Source of the DNA: Eukaryota sp. GEM-RC1
Lineage: Eukaryota
Reading direction: 5' to 3'
Assembly: GCA_040285855.1 (NCBI GenBank)
Contig: JAUFOQ010000002.1
Location: 1,612,001-1,676,000, forward strand
Length of the DNA stretch: 64,000 nucleotides
In this document: one piece after another, positions 62,440-64,000 of the stretch
Position numbering within the stretch: position 1 is the first letter of the stretch
How the letters are laid out: each line of letters starts with the position of its first letter
Notes under the pieces: model-generated
Seen by the model: only the letters and a program-made list of their open reading frames with translations
The model's database searches: none
Told to the model about the DNA's origin: nothing
Translations under genes and position numbers: made by a program

Positions 62440-63696
62440 ATGTTTCTTTATGTTGTTTTTCTCATCTCAATGGTTTCAGCACAGTCATTTTATCTAAATG
62501 AACTTAAGACCTATCTTCATCATAATAGCACATTCTCTGACACAATTATGTCTGGGGATATCCAACCGAAAGTTCCTTTAATTTCTACCAACACAACATC
62601 TCCACCACCCAAGCCTCAGTTTAATGCTGCCTGTGCAGACTTTGGAGCCAAACTGATCTCATTCGCTCCAGTCAAAACAAAACATCCTCAAAATGTTCTC
62701 TCCCGTTCTCAATCCAAGTATCTTACAGCCTCTTGTTCCTCACCAGTGATACTGGACATCGAACTAGCTGAAGAAGTCCTTCTCTCTTCCCTAGAAATCT
62801 CTTCCTTTGAATTCTATTCTGGAGCTCCATCTCGAGTTCACATTTTCTCATACAAAACCTCTCCCAACAAAGCTGCTTCACTGCCATTCTCTTTGGAGGA
62901 GACAGTCGCTGCTGGTTGGAAGAATCTAGGTAGTTTCAACGTTAGTACTCGCCACAAGAAGTCTGTAATCAACCTTCCTGATCATCAATGGTCTAAATCA
63001 ATCAGAATCGCCGTTTTAGACTGGGAAACCAATCGTAAATTCAAACTTTGCTCAATCACTTCAATCAAAGCCTTTGGTTGCACTCCTCTGGAACGCCTCC
63101 GACAAGAACTCGTAGCCTCCACTCTCTCAGAAGAAGCCCCCTTACAACCCGTAAACCAAGTCTTAATTGATAAGGATTTGGTAGATGCAGCTGTTACTAA
63201 GGACTCAGTTGATGATAAGAACGGATTTGTGAGTATACCAGTAGAGACAGGGGAAGGTCTGTTGTTAGCTTTAAGTAAGAGAGTGAGTGTTTTACAGGAG
63301 AGATATCTTTGGTATAAGAAGAATCTAGAGGTTTGCATGTCTTCCATTGAGGCGCTCAACTCTACAGTAGTGGATTTGGTTGATCAAGAAAACTCATTAT
63401 TATTAAGGTTGAAGAAGGTTGAGAGTACTGTGTTAGCACAAAGACATCACATATCGTTCTTAGCTCAGAAGATTGAGGAGATTGAAAGTGAACGAGTTTT
63501 GAATGAAGAAGTTTCTGATATTAGATTAGTACCTATAGTTGTTGTGTTTGTGTTTTTCTCTGTTTTGTATTTCTTTATTTCTGTAAGTTGTGCAAAGCCA
63601 ATTGATAGACCGGCTCGTTCACCTTCACCAACTGAGACGAAGCTTATAGTACCAGCAAAGGCTCCGATTAGACATATAAGGGCTCGTTCTCGATAG
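62440..63696 (+). CDS. Mid-SUN domain membrane protein (Slp1/SUCO-like)
   Basis: N-terminal hydrophobic segment; FNAACADFGAKL, SKYL, IELAEEV, EFYSGAP, WKNLG and CSITSIKAFG motifs; coiled coil; C-terminal TM helix. Confidence 0.8.
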   Translation: MFLYVVFLISMVSAQSFYLNELKTYLHHNSTFSDTIMSGDIQPKVPLISTNTTSPPPKPQFNAACADFGAKLISFAPVKTKHPQNVLSRSQSKYLTASCSSPVILDIELAEEVLLSSLEISSFEFYSGAPSRVHIFSYKTSPNKAASLPFSLEETVAAGWKNLGSFNVSTRHKKSVINLPDHQWSKSIRIAVLDWETNRKFKLCSITSIKAFGCTPLERLRQELVASTLSEEAPLQPVNQVLIDKDLVDAAVTKDSVDDKNGFVSIPVETGEGLLLALSKRVSVLQERYLWYKKNLEVCMSSIEALNSTVVDLVDQENSLLLRLKKVESTVLAQRHHISFLAQKIEEIESERVLNEEVSDIRLVPIVVVFVFFSVLYFFISVSCAKPIDRPARSPSPTETKLIVPAKAPIRHIRARSR

Positions 63697-63877
63697 AGTT
63701 GAACCAAGTTGTTGTGTTGAATAAGCGGTACCACTGGGATTGGATGTACTGATATTTATAAGCTTACCACACACAGTATTAGAGTGTGTTGTGCGTGGTC
63801 GGTTAAAGTATGTGTGAGTGTGATTAAAAAGTGTTGGATGTTTATGTGATGAACTATAATACAAGAAAGGTGACTCT

Positions 63878-64000
63878 CTAAAGGGAATTCAGAGTTCGAC
63901 TTGTCAGTGCTGTCTTCGTTAGTAAGTAGTTCCCTGCATTAGCTTCATAAAGCTGTTCGATTTGTTTGCGCGGTATTGATGGGAATTTCTTTGCCAAGAG
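63878..64000 (-). CDS. 3' end of a gene with a CUE-like domain (runs off the window)
   Basis: Open frame LLAKKFPSIPRKQIEQLYEANAGNYLLTKTAL...stop, with FP and spacing like a CUE domain. Confidence 0.5.
   Translation of the reverse strand, partial: LLAKKFPSIPRKQIEQLYEANAGNYLLTKTALTSRTLNSL

Overview
This is eukaryotic DNA from a very compact protist-like genome: 28-31-nt GT-AG introns, head-to-head genes only 21-80 nt apart, standard genetic code. Many single-base frameshifts sit in homopolymer runs even in conserved genes (RPS15A, TOP1), so most ORF breaks are probably long-read errors. Housekeeping content: tRNA-Leu(CAA), tRNA-Asp(GTC), RPS15A, Nop25/Rrp17-like, MRG-like, TLDc, THADA/Trm732-like, BTB-SPRY, UCHL5, C2H2-PHD-SET, PIG-O/G, TOP1 and a SUN-domain gene. 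There are also three 8-Cys secreted peptide paralogs and two paralogs of a large secreted protein. The standout locus is ~13.76-19.28 kb. It begins with three near-identical, structured 73-nt repeats separated by unique spacers. A probable polyprotein follows: 2A ribosomal-skip motif, two Ulp1/SENP8-type proteases, a PolB-type DEDD 3'-5' exonuclease and a Fanzor1 (TnpB-like RuvC) nuclease whose third catalytic Asp reads as Asn. A young Ty3/Gypsy element has 66-bp LTRs and no tRNA-type PBS, and five DNA transposons with readable TSDs are nested at 34-39 kb. All domain calls are by eye from motifs; no database searches were run.
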